Below, piece after piece: positions 8,175-17,314 of a stretch of DNA of 64,000 nucleotides (the stretch's first letter is position 1; each line of letters opens with the position of its first letter). Below the pieces are notes generated by a model. The model was given only the letters and a program-made list of their open reading frames with translations, did not search any database and had not been told where the DNA came from. Position numbers and translations under genes: made by a program. Source of the stretch: an uncultured Pelagibacteraceae bacterium (lineage in GTDB: Bacteria; Pseudomonadota; Alphaproteobacteria; Pelagibacterales; AG-422-B15); contig CABYLU010000005.1 in the NCBI GenBank assembly GCA_902519835.1, positions 5,384-69,383 on the forward strand. The letters are read 5' to 3'.

Positions 8175-9377
8175 ATGGACACCGCGTTTTCAAATGAAGA
8201 TTTAAAGTTTCAAAGTGAAATAAGGGATTTTATTAAAACAAATTATCCACAAGAGCTAAGAGACTCAATCAATTCTAAAAGAAAACTAGGTAAAGAACTC
8301 TCTAGAGAAGATCTTACAGCTTGGCATAAAATTTTAGGAAAGCACAATGGTTGGTCAGCACCAAGTTGGCCTAAACAATATGGTGGCGCAGAATTTACTC
8401 CTACACAAAAATATATCTTCGAACAAGAATGCGCGAAAGCTGAATGTCAATATATTATGCCATTTGGAATAAATATGGTTGGTCCAGTAATTTATACTTT
8501 TGGAAATGAGGAGCAAAAAGTGCAACACTTACCTGGAATTTTGAGTGGTGAGGTTTTTTGGTGTCAAGGTTACTCCGAGCCTGGCTCAGGTTCAGACCTT
8601 GCTTCATTAAAAACAAGTGCCGTAAAAGAAGGTGACCACTATATCGTTAATGGACAAAAAACTTGGACTACGATGGCACAGTATGCAGATTGGATTTTTT
8701 GTTTAGTAAGAACCAATCCAGATGCTGAGAAACCTCAACAAGGCATTTCGTTTCTTTTGATTGACATGAAAACTCCTGGTGTAACAGTTAGACCCATCAA
8801 GCTTATGGATGGATCTCATGAGGTGAATGAAACTTGGTTTGATAATGTCAAGGTCCCAGTAGAAAATTTAATTGGCCAAGAAAATATGGGTTGGACGTAT
8901 GCAAAATTTTTATTAGCTCATGAAAGATCAGGTATTGCCGGTGTTGCGAGATCTAAGAAAGCAATAGAAAGAATAAAACAGATTGCTAGTTCTGAAATGT
9001 CATACGGCGAACCTTTAATTCAAGATCCAGCATTTAAAGCAAAAATAGCAGCTGCAGAATTAGAGTTATCAGCACTTGAATACACTGAATTAAGAACGCT
9101 AGCAAAGGACTCTGCAGGTAAAGGTCCTGGACCAGAGTCTTCTCTTTTGAAGATTAAGGGAACAGACATTCAGCAAGCTGTTACTGAGTTGGCTATGGAA
9201 GCTGTTGGATATTATGCAAACCCTCACCTTGGCACGACTTTAAGTAATGAATATGTCGGTCCAGACTATGCTACTAATCTATCAGGAACGTATTTTAACT
9301 TTCGTAAGGCATCCATTTATGGAGGATCTAACGAAATTCAAAGAAATATCATAGCTAAAATGGTCTTAGGACTTTAG
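8175..9377 (+). CDS. Acyl-CoA dehydrogenase
   Basis: Motifs WCQGYSEPGSGSDLASL, NGQKTWTT, MGWTYAKFLLAHERS (Glu at the LCAD/IVD-type position) and C-terminal IYGGSNEIQRNIIAKMVLGL. Confidence 0.9.
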   Translation: MDTAFSNEDLKFQSEIRDFIKTNYPQELRDSINSKRKLGKELSREDLTAWHKILGKHNGWSAPSWPKQYGGAEFTPTQKYIFEQECAKAECQYIMPFGINMVGPVIYTFGNEEQKVQHLPGILSGEVFWCQGYSEPGSGSDLASLKTSAVKEGDHYIVNGQKTWTTMAQYADWIFCLVRTNPDAEKPQQGISFLLIDMKTPGVTVRPIKLMDGSHEVNETWFDNVKVPVENLIGQENMGWTYAKFLLAHERSGIAGVARSKKAIERIKQIASSEMSYGEPLIQDPAFKAKIAAAELELSALEYTELRTLAKDSAGKGPGPESSLLKIKGTDIQQAVTELAMEAVGYYANPHLGTTLSNEYVGPDYATNLSGTYFNFRKASIYGGSNEIQRNIIAKMVLGL

Positions 9378-9383
9378 TACCTT

Positions 9384-9412
9384 TTGACATATTTACTGTC
9401 ATAACTTATAAC
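9384..9412 (+). promoter_or_regulatory. Near-consensus promoter-like element TTGACA-17-TATAAC overlapping the palindrome TGACA-N7-TGTCA
   Basis: TTGACA at 9384-9389 and TATAAC at 9407-9412. Inverted repeat TGACAtatttacTGTCA at 9385-9401. Sits in the 43-nt gap between the paired ACAD genes. Confidence 0.3.
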
Positions 9413-9420
9413 GCTTTTTT

Positions 9421-10599
9421 ATGAATTTTGATTACACCGAGGAACAGACCTTGCTGGACAACATGGTTACTTCTTTTGTAAGAGATAATTATGATTGGGA
9501 CACTCGTTGCAATATAGTTAAATCAGAAGAGGGATGGAAAGAAGAAAATTGGAAACAATTTGCTGAACTTGGTCTTCTAGGAGTTCCATTTGAAGAAGCT
9601 TACGGAGGGCTTGGAGGAAAATCTGCTGACTTAATGATTGTGATGGAACAGTTTGGAAAAGGGCTCGTTGTTGAACCATATTTACCAACTGTAATATTAG
9701 CTGGTGGATTGATATCAAAACTTGGATCTGAAGAGCAAAAGAATTCGATTATACCAGAAATAATCTCAGGAAATATTAGATGTGCGTTTGCATATGCTGA
9801 GCCACAAAGTAGATTTGATTTAAATGATGTAAAAACGTCAGCTGTACTTAACGGAGATGACTATGTATTAAATGGTTTTAAGTCAGTGGTATTTGGAGCA
9901 GGTATGGCTTCACACCTTATTATTTCTGCAAGAACTGAAGGAGAGCAAAGATCTGATTCTGGAATTACATTATTTATTGTTGATACAAAGTCTGAGGGAC
10001 TTACACTGCAAAATTATCCAACAATTGATGAATACAGAGCCTCTGAAGTTATTATTGAGAATCTAAAAGTTTCAAAAGATAATGTTTTAGGAAAAGTTAA
10101 TATGGCTTACGATGCCATTGAGGAAATTGTAGATATAAGCACTATTGCTGCATGCTCTGAAGCAGTTGGTATACTGCAAGTTTTAAAAGACTCTACAACT
10201 GAATACTGCAAAAACCGAAAACAATTCGGACAATCAATTGCCAAAAATCAGGTTATACAGCACTGTTTAGTGGATATGATGATTGAGTATGAACAGGCTA
10301 AGTCAATTCTTTACATGGCAGTGACAGCGGATTTGAGTGATTCAGATGAAAGAAGAAGAGCAGTTTCAGCTGCTAAAGCACGTATAGGTAAAGCAATAAA
10401 ATTTGTAGGCGAAAGCGCTATTCAGTTGCATGGCGGAATGGGTGTTGTTGATGAATATATGGTAAGTCACTATTTTAAAAGGGCAACAATGATTGGAGTA
10501 TTATTTGGCAATACTGATTATCATATGAAAAGATATATGACTCTTACCCAATCAGGTATTTCATCAGCTGACGAAGCAATTTCAGTCAGTGTTACCTAA
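9421..10599 (+). CDS. Acyl-CoA dehydrogenase family protein (non-canonical, partner-type subunit)
   Basis: Motifs AYGGLGG, FAYAEPQSRFD and IQLHGGMGVVDEYMVSHYFKR. The C-terminal VLFGNTDYH replaces the YEGT/YGGS-NEIQ motif. Confidence 0.85.
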   Translation: MNFDYTEEQTLLDNMVTSFVRDNYDWDTRCNIVKSEEGWKEENWKQFAELGLLGVPFEEAYGGLGGKSADLMIVMEQFGKGLVVEPYLPTVILAGGLISKLGSEEQKNSIIPEIISGNIRCAFAYAEPQSRFDLNDVKTSAVLNGDDYVLNGFKSVVFGAGMASHLIISARTEGEQRSDSGITLFIVDTKSEGLTLQNYPTIDEYRASEVIIENLKVSKDNVLGKVNMAYDAIEEIVDISTIAACSEAVGILQVLKDSTTEYCKNRKQFGQSIAKNQVIQHCLVDMMIEYEQAKSILYMAVTADLSDSDERRRAVSAAKARIGKAIKFVGESAIQLHGGMGVVDEYMVSHYFKRATMIGVLFGNTDYHMKRYMTLTQSGISSADEAISVSVT

Positions 10600-10606
10600 A
10601 TAAATT

Positions 10607-11509
10607 TTATTCAGCGAGTTTTTTAAATATGTGAGCTGTATGTTCTGCTCCTGTTTTGAGTGCCTTACCGCCATCCATATTCGATGCTTCAGCCCACTTT
10701 TCAGCTAACATATCTGCATTAAGTTCATCGCCTTTAAGAGCAACACCTTGTGAATGAACTATCTCTGCAGAAGCAAATACACCAGCACCAGCTGATATCA
10801 TCGCACCATTCGGTGCGTCTTCTGATGCCATAAACATGACTGCAGGTGAAACAGTTTCCGGTTTTAAACTATCGAAAACTGCATCTGGCATTCCTAAATT
10901 TTCTGTCATTCGTGTTGCCGCAACAGGAATTAGAGAATTTACTTTAATATTATATTTCATACCTTCAATTTTAAGAGTATTCATTAGTCCAACAACTCCC
11001 ATTTTAGCTGCACCGTAATTTGATTGTCCAAAATTTCCAAATACACCAGATGACGAAGATGTCATGATTATTCTTCCATAATTTTGTTCTGTCATAATTG
11101 GCCAAACCGCTTTTGTACAATAAACAGAACCCATCATATGAACGTTTACTACAAATTCGAAATCATCAAGTGTTACTTTTGCAAACGACTTGTCTCTCAG
11201 AACACCTGCATTATTTACTAAAATATCAACACGACCAAATGCAGCCATTGTATCATCAACTAATTTTTTTACGCCCGCTTTGTCAGTTACACTTGATCCG
11301 TTAGAAATTGCCTCACCACCCATGGCTTTAATTTCATCAACTACTTTATCAGCAGCTTCACTTGATCCACCAGTACCATCAACAGAACCACCTAAGTCAT
11401 TTACGACAACTTTAGCTCCTCTCTTTGCAAATTCTAATGCGTGACATCTTCCAAGACCACCACCTGCGCCTGTGACTATTGCAACTTTATCGTTAAAACT
11501 AATTGTCAT
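10607..11509 (-). CDS. SDR-family oxidoreductase, MFE-2-type (R)-3-hydroxyacyl-CoA dehydrogenase-like
   Basis: N-terminus VAIVTGAGGGLGRCHALEFAKRGAKVVVNDLGGSVDG, NNAG motif (LVNNAGVLRD) and catalytic YxxxK (NYGAAK). The pattern resembles the dehydrogenase domain of multifunctional enzyme 2. Confidence 0.85.
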   Translation of the reverse strand: MTISFNDKVAIVTGAGGGLGRCHALEFAKRGAKVVVNDLGGSVDGTGGSSEAADKVVDEIKAMGGEAISNGSSVTDKAGVKKLVDDTMAAFGRVDILVNNAGVLRDKSFAKVTLDDFEFVVNVHMMGSVYCTKAVWPIMTEQNYGRIIMTSSSSGVFGNFGQSNYGAAKMGVVGLMNTLKIEGMKYNIKVNSLIPVAATRMTENLGMPDAVFDSLKPETVSPAVMFMASEDAPNGAMISAGAGVFASAEIVHSQGVALKGDELNADMLAEKWAEASNMDGGKALKTGAEHTAHIFKKLAE

Positions 11510-11518
11510 GTATAACTC

Positions 11519-12184
11519 CTATTCGATTAATTCTGTTAATTGAGAAAAATTGTTTATAACTAAATCAGCATCATTGTAAATATTTTTATTATCAGTATAT
11601 CCATAACCCACCAAAACAACTGGCATATTTGCATTGTGACCAGCATTTAAATCTGTTGCACTATCTCCAATCATTATTGACTCATTTTCACTTACACTTA
11701 ATTTTTTACATATTTCAATTAATGGAAATGGGTCAGGCTTACTTTTTGCAAACGTATCTCCACCAACGAGATAGTCAAAGTAATGTAAGACTCCAAGTTT
11801 TTCTAATAACATATTGCTGAGTTTTTCCATTTTATTTGTACAAACTGCCAACTTTAATTTTTTAGATTTTATGAGCTTTAATACCGTTTCAACATTTTCA
11901 AATAATACACTATCGTCATCAATATTGTGAGTATAGTGAAGTAAAAATATTTTTAACATCTCATTAATTTTATCATCATTATGAGGAATATTTTTGGTTA
12001 CTACTGTTCTTCGAATTAATTCACGAGCCCCATAACCAACTAGATTTCTTATTTCCTCCAATGTGACTAGAGGTTCATTCAGCTCTGATAGCATATAATT
12101 CAGTGAGTTCTTAAAATCTGGCGCTGTATCAACTAGGGTTCCATCTAGGTCAAATATGAAGAGTTTCTTATTTTTTAAATTCAT
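11519..12184 (-). CDS. HAD-superfamily phosphatase (phosphoglycolate phosphatase-like)
   Basis: Motifs FIFDLDGTLVDT, CTNK and IMIGDSATDLNAG. I prefer the ATG at 12184 (MNLKNKKLFIFDLDG) over the TTG at 12223 used by the ORF track. Confidence 0.75.
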   Translation of the reverse strand: MNLKNKKLFIFDLDGTLVDTAPDFKNSLNYMLSELNEPLVTLEEIRNLVGYGARELIRRTVVTKNIPHNDDKINEMLKIFLLHYTHNIDDDSVLFENVETVLKLIKSKKLKLAVCTNKMEKLSNMLLEKLGVLHYFDYLVGGDTFAKSKPDPFPLIEICKKLSVSENESIMIGDSATDLNAGHNANMPVVLVGYGYTDNKNIYNDADLVINNFSQLTELIE

Positions 12185-12259
12185 TTTATGAGTAAATCTC
12201 TGAAATAAAATTTTACGATACAATTAATGGCATATTGGTTATTTTCCAAAAAAAATCCA

Positions 12260-13561
12260 ATGAAAAATTTAGAAATAATAATACTTGCCGCTGGTAAAGG
12301 CACAAGAATGAAATCAAGCAAACCCAAAATATTTCATGATTTGGGTGGTAGGCAAATAATTGATTATGTGATCGATGCATCAACTAGACTAAAGCCAAAA
12401 AGAATTCATCTAGTTGTAAACAATCAAATTAAAAATAATTTTAAATATAATAACAATTTAAATATTGTTATTCAAAAAAAACAGAATGGTACTGGCGATG
12501 CAATAAAGTCTGCTATAAAAAGTCTTGGAAAAGACTCAGTCACTCTAGTTCTTTACGGTGACGTCCCTCTTATAAAAGATAAAACTATTATTAATGTTTC
12601 AAAAATTAAAACAAACACAGTTAACTTATTATGTTTCAATAAAGAAGAAAGAAATAATTACGGTAAAGTAATATTAGGTACTGACGGTTTGATCAGTCAG
12701 GTGATTGAGCAAAAAGAGCTAAAGAAAAATGAAAATTACTACTTATGTAATTCAGGAGTCTTTGCTATCGAGACAAAGCTATTAAGTTTTTTGTTACCTA
12801 AATTAAATAATAATAATAAGAAGAAAGAATTTTATTTAACTGATATATTTAATTTGGCATTTAAAAAAGGTGTAAAAGTCAATCCTATACAAACCGCAGA
12901 GACAGAAGTTATGGGTATAAATGACAAAAATGATTTAGCGATGGCTGAAAAAGAAATCCAAAATGAATTGAGATCCAAGCATCTTACGGCAGGCGTGACC
13001 ATGAGAGACCCTGATACAGTATATTTATCAAAGGATACTAAAATTGGAAAAGATGTTACAATTCATCCATTTGTTATCATCGGCAAAAACGTCGTTATTG
13101 GTAACAATACTGAGATACACGCATTCAGTCATATAGAAGATTGTAAAATTGGGAAAGAAGTCAGTATTGGACCTTATGCAAGAATAAGACCAGGCACAAA
13201 AATATCCGATAATGCTAAGGTTGGTAATTTCGTAGAGATCAAAAATTCAAAAATAGATAAGGGGTCAAAAGTTAATCACTTGTCATATATAGGTGACACA
13301 GAAATAGGCAAAAAAGTTAACGTGGGAGCTGGAACTATTACTTGCAATTATGATGGTGCCTCAAAATTTAAAACAGTTATCAAAGATAAAGCATTTATAG
13401 GTTCAAACTCATCTTTAGTAGCCCCGTTAATTGTAGGTAAGAATGCTTATGTTGGTTCTGGTTCAACTATAACTAAACATGTAGTTGAGAATAGTCTTGC
13501 GGTTGAAAGATCATCTCAAAAGATGGTAAAAAATTGGTCAAATAAAAAAGTGAAAAAGTAA
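12260..13561 (+). CDS. glmU: Bifunctional UDP-N-acetylglucosamine pyrophosphorylase / glucosamine-1-P N-acetyltransferase
   Basis: ILAAGKGTRMKS near the N-terminus and a C-terminal left-handed beta-helix with hexapeptide repeats. I prefer the ATG at 12260 (MKNLEIIILAAG); 12227 is the alternative. Confidence 0.9.
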   Translation: MKNLEIIILAAGKGTRMKSSKPKIFHDLGGRQIIDYVIDASTRLKPKRIHLVVNNQIKNNFKYNNNLNIVIQKKQNGTGDAIKSAIKSLGKDSVTLVLYGDVPLIKDKTIINVSKIKTNTVNLLCFNKEERNNYGKVILGTDGLISQVIEQKELKKNENYYLCNSGVFAIETKLLSFLLPKLNNNNKKKEFYLTDIFNLAFKKGVKVNPIQTAETEVMGINDKNDLAMAEKEIQNELRSKHLTAGVTMRDPDTVYLSKDTKIGKDVTIHPFVIIGKNVVIGNNTEIHAFSHIEDCKIGKEVSIGPYARIRPGTKISDNAKVGNFVEIKNSKIDKGSKVNHLSYIGDTEIGKKVNVGAGTITCNYDGASKFKTVIKDKAFIGSNSSLVAPLIVGKNAYVGSGSTITKHVVENSLAVERSSQKMVKNWSNKKVKK

Positions 13562-15384
13562 TGTGCGGTATCATTGGTATAGCTTCTAAAGAAAATGTGT
13601 CTTCGAACATTATAAATGCATTAAGGAAATTAGAATATCGTGGTTACGATTCTGCTGGTATTGCAATAAACACTGCCAAGAAGATCAATCAAAGAAAAGT
13701 AAAAGGCAAGCTTGATAATTTAATTTACGCTCTTCAGAAAGATCAATTTGATGGCAATACGGGAATAGGTCATACTCGTTGGGCTACTCATGGGGAACCT
13801 TCTGATAAAAATGCTCACCCTCATTCATCGACCTCGGTATCGCTTGTACATAATGGAATAATTGAAAATGCTGCGGAATTGAAAACATTAAAGGAGGTTA
13901 AAGATTACAATTTTGAGTCTGACACTGACTCTGAAGTAATAACAGCATTATTAACGTTTTATCTAAAGGAGGGACTTAGCCATCTTGAGAGTGTTCAAAA
14001 GACAATTTCTTCTCTTGAGGGATCATATGCTCTAGCAATTATTTTTAGTGATAGTGAAGACACTATTTATGGCGCTAAGAACGGAAGTCCACTTGTTGCA
14101 GGTACAAATGGAGTTGGTAATTCAATAGGATCTGACTCAATTGCATTAAGTTCAGTTGCCAATAAAGTGTGTTACTTGGAAGACGGAGATATAACAGTAT
14201 TAAATAAAGAAAGCATAGAAATTTATAACCTGGAGGGTGAAAGAGCTAATAGAGAATTTATTGAAATAGGAATAAACGAGTCAGAAGTTTCGAAGGGTCC
14301 CTACAAACACTTTATGGAGAAAGAAATACATGAACACCCTCATGCAGTAGGTGAAACATTTCGACAATTTATAGATTACGATAAGGGTACAATCGCAATT
14401 TCAAATATTAATTTAAATTTTGATAAAATTTCAAAGATTTATCTGATTGCTTGCGGAACAGCTTATTATTCGTGTTTGGTGGGAAAATATTATTTTGAAC
14501 AATATGCAAGGACACCAGTTGAATGCGATATGGCATCAGAGTTTCGTTATCGTGATCCAGTAATTGATCCAAATGCATTATGTATATTTGTCTCTCAATC
14601 TGGTGAAACCGCCGATACTAAAGCTGCATTAGATTATTGTAGAAAGCAAAAAATTCAGACTTTGAGTATTGTAAACGTTAAAAATAGCTCAATAGCAAGA
14701 GATAGTGATCATTGTATTTATACTAAGGCAGGAGCAGAAATAGGGGTTGCATCAACAAAGGCGTTTACTGCTCAATTATCAGTACTATTATCTCTATCAA
14801 TTCATTTAGCATCAGAAAAAAAATTCATGTCTATTGAGGAAAATGTAAAATTATGCAAAGAGATTATGCAAGCACCTCTATTGCTTGAACAAGCAATTGA
14901 AAGATCTTACTCACTTAAAGACACGGCAAAAGCAATTATAAATGCAAAGGGTGTAATGTATCTTGGCCGCGGTACTGCATTTCCATTGGCACTGGAAGGA
15001 GCATTAAAGTTTAAAGAAATATCATATATTCACGCAGAGGGATATCCTGCAGGTGAAATGAAACATGGCCCGCTTGCATTAATAGAAAAAGATTTGCCAG
15101 TTGTGTGCATTGTCCCACCAGGTCCCCTTTTTCATAAAACAATTTCAAACATACAAGAAGTTATTGCTCGTGGAGGTAAAATATTAATGATAACAGACGA
15201 TGAAACATTGGAGTCAAATTCTGAAAATATTTGGGAAGTTTTTCGTTTACCAAAATGTCCTAAATCAATTGAAGCAATCGTTTATTCAGTTCCCATTCAC
15301 ATGCTTGCGTATTACACGGCAGATGAGCTTGGCAATGATATCGATCAGCCAAGAAATCTTGCTAAGTCTGTTACCGTAGAATAA
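13561..15384 (+). CDS. glmS: Glutamine--fructose-6-phosphate aminotransferase
   Basis: Ntn-type MCGIIG start, two SIS domains (SQSGETADT) and C-terminal LAKSVTVE. TAATG overlap with glmU. Confidence 0.95.
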   Translation: MCGIIGIASKENVSSNIINALRKLEYRGYDSAGIAINTAKKINQRKVKGKLDNLIYALQKDQFDGNTGIGHTRWATHGEPSDKNAHPHSSTSVSLVHNGIIENAAELKTLKEVKDYNFESDTDSEVITALLTFYLKEGLSHLESVQKTISSLEGSYALAIIFSDSEDTIYGAKNGSPLVAGTNGVGNSIGSDSIALSSVANKVCYLEDGDITVLNKESIEIYNLEGERANREFIEIGINESEVSKGPYKHFMEKEIHEHPHAVGETFRQFIDYDKGTIAISNINLNFDKISKIYLIACGTAYYSCLVGKYYFEQYARTPVECDMASEFRYRDPVIDPNALCIFVSQSGETADTKAALDYCRKQKIQTLSIVNVKNSSIARDSDHCIYTKAGAEIGVASTKAFTAQLSVLLSLSIHLASEKKFMSIEENVKLCKEIMQAPLLLEQAIERSYSLKDTAKAIINAKGVMYLGRGTAFPLALEGALKFKEISYIHAEGYPAGEMKHGPLALIEKDLPVVCIVPPGPLFHKTISNIQEVIARGGKILMITDDETLESNSENIWEVFRLPKCPKSIEAIVYSVPIHMLAYYTADELGNDIDQPRNLAKSVTVE

Positions 15385-15425
15385 TTTATTGACACAAAAA
15401 CTGACAACATATTATCTTTGCTTAA

Positions 15426-16496
15426 ATGTTGTCAAAAATAAGCACTCTTATTTTTTTATTTTTCTTTAATGCAATAAGTTTTATTCAAGTATATGAAGTA
15501 TCACCAGGTGTCTTAAGAACGCCTGAAACACAATTTGAAAATCTAGAAGATTATCCGTTTGATCCAAATTATATTGAAATTGAAGGTTTAAGAATTCATT
15601 ACCTCGACGAAGGGCCTAAAGACGGTGATCCAATTTTCCTTCTTCATGGCTTGCCGACTTGGAGTTATCTATTTAGAACAATGATACCGGTGTTAACTAA
15701 CGCAGGTCATAGAGTTATTGTTCCTGACCTAGTAGGATTTGGAAAGTCAGATAAATTTATTTCTAAATATGACTATAGTTACGAGTTTCATATCAACACC
15801 ATGAAGGCGTTGGTGGGACAACTTGATTTAAGAGAAGCTACATTCTTTGGACAAGATTGGGGAGGCATGATTGGACTTAGGGTTGTAGCTGAGATGCCTG
15901 ATCGTTTTGCAAGAGTTGTTGTTTCAAATACAGGCATGGCTGCCAGAGATGGAATAACGGCATGGCTAATTGAAAATTTTGTAAAGTTTATGGTCTGGTG
16001 GAATGGAGCGGTCACATTTGATGAACTTAAAACAGCTGCTGATAAAGCACTAATGTTGGAAGAGCCATCACCACTTGAAGGTATGAGAATGTTTTCAAAA
16101 TGGATTGCACACTCGTATTACTCGGATGATATGGATGTATCGGGAATTATTTCTACTTTCGGACGCTTAGAGTTAACTGATGAGCAAATCAGAGCTTATG
16201 AAGCTCCGTATCCTTCAGGCAAATACAAAGCAGGAGCGCATATCATGGCTTATTTTATGCCGACACAATTATCCGAGAATGAGAAATACTGGAAAGATAT
16301 TTATGAAAAATGGGATAAACCTTTTCTTGTGGCGTTTGGAGGTAATGAACGAATTACAATAACCATGAAGGAAGATTTTTTGACTAGGATACCGAACCCA
16401 ACTGTTGTTACTTTGGAAGGAGTTGGACATTTCTGCCAAGAAGAGGCTGGTCCTGAACTAGCAAACTTAATAAATGATTTTATTCTAAAAAACTAG
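15426..16496 (+). CDS. Haloalkane dehalogenase-like alpha/beta hydrolase (DhlA / HLD-I-like) with an N-terminal hydrophobic leader
   Basis: RTPETQFENLEDYPFDPNYIE...IHYLDEGP...LHGLPTWSYLFRTMIPVL...VPDLVGFGKSDK closely parallels the DhlA N-terminus. Nucleophile elbow GQDWGG, cap DGITAW and GVGHFCQEE (His) are present. Residues 1-22 are hydrophobic. Confidence 0.75.
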   Translation: MLSKISTLIFLFFFNAISFIQVYEVSPGVLRTPETQFENLEDYPFDPNYIEIEGLRIHYLDEGPKDGDPIFLLHGLPTWSYLFRTMIPVLTNAGHRVIVPDLVGFGKSDKFISKYDYSYEFHINTMKALVGQLDLREATFFGQDWGGMIGLRVVAEMPDRFARVVVSNTGMAARDGITAWLIENFVKFMVWWNGAVTFDELKTAADKALMLEEPSPLEGMRMFSKWIAHSYYSDDMDVSGIISTFGRLELTDEQIRAYEAPYPSGKYKAGAHIMAYFMPTQLSENEKYWKDIYEKWDKPFLVAFGGNERITITMKEDFLTRIPNPTVVTLEGVGHFCQEEAGPELANLINDFILKN

Positions 16497-16550
16497 AAAA
16501 TATAAAATTTATACCTATTATAAATTAAACTTTTATTTAAAATTAAATAT

Positions 16551-17231
16551 ATGACAGTAACTTTAAGATCAGATGGAGATGTTTCAATTATTCAAATGGA
16601 TGACGGAAAAGTTAATGTATTCTCTCCTGATATGATAAAAAAATTTAGTGAAATATTAGATCAAGTCCCATCTGACAAAGGGTCTGTTTTAATAGCGGGT
16701 CGAGAAGGAATGTTTTCTGCTGGGTTTGATTTGAAAGTTATGATGTCAAGTCCAGAAAATGCAGCTGATATGGTTAAAAGTGGTTTTAATTTATTATTAA
16801 AAATCTTTACTTTTCCAAGACCGATTGTTGCGGCTTGCAGCGGACACGCAATCGCGCTTGGTGCTTTTTTACTTTGTAGCTGTGATCACCGTATAGGAAT
16901 TAAAGGTGACTTTAAAATTGGAGCCAACGAATTAAGAAATAATATGATTATTCCAACACCAATACTTGAACTTGCAAAATTTAAATTGACAAAACCGCAC
17001 AAGCAGAGAGCGCTATTAAATGCGGAAATGTATTCAATAGAAGATGCTATTGCTCCAGGTTATTTAGATGAAGTAACTGAACATGAAAAGTTAATGGAGC
17101 TTGCATTGGCTAAAGCAAAAGACTTGGCAACACTCGCTCATCCACAATATCAGCAAACCAAGAAACTCGACCAAGAAGATGTAGCAGCTAAAATAAGTGC
17201 TGGGATAGATACCTTAGGAGCAATAAACTAA
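16551..17231 (+). CDS. Crotonase/enoyl-CoA hydratase-isomerase family protein
   Basis: Motifs FSAGFDL and AACSGHAIALGAFLL (oxyanion-hole segments). Confidence 0.8.
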   Translation: MTVTLRSDGDVSIIQMDDGKVNVFSPDMIKKFSEILDQVPSDKGSVLIAGREGMFSAGFDLKVMMSSPENAADMVKSGFNLLLKIFTFPRPIVAACSGHAIALGAFLLCSCDHRIGIKGDFKIGANELRNNMIIPTPILELAKFKLTKPHKQRALLNAEMYSIEDAIAPGYLDEVTEHEKLMELALAKAKDLATLAHPQYQQTKKLDQEDVAAKISAGIDTLGAIN

Positions 17232-17314
17232 GTAAAATCAATGTATTTTACTGAAACTCTAGTATTTTACTTTATTTAGTACTATAAAGCCCGCAAAACG
17301 AATATTTAAAAAAT

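Noticed and set aside
15385-15425. TTGACA in the glmS-dehalogenase spacer, as a possible promoter.
   Set aside because: No -10 hexamer of acceptable sequence lies at 16-18 nt spacing. The best option, TATTAT, is at 15 nt. This is too weak to report as a feature.
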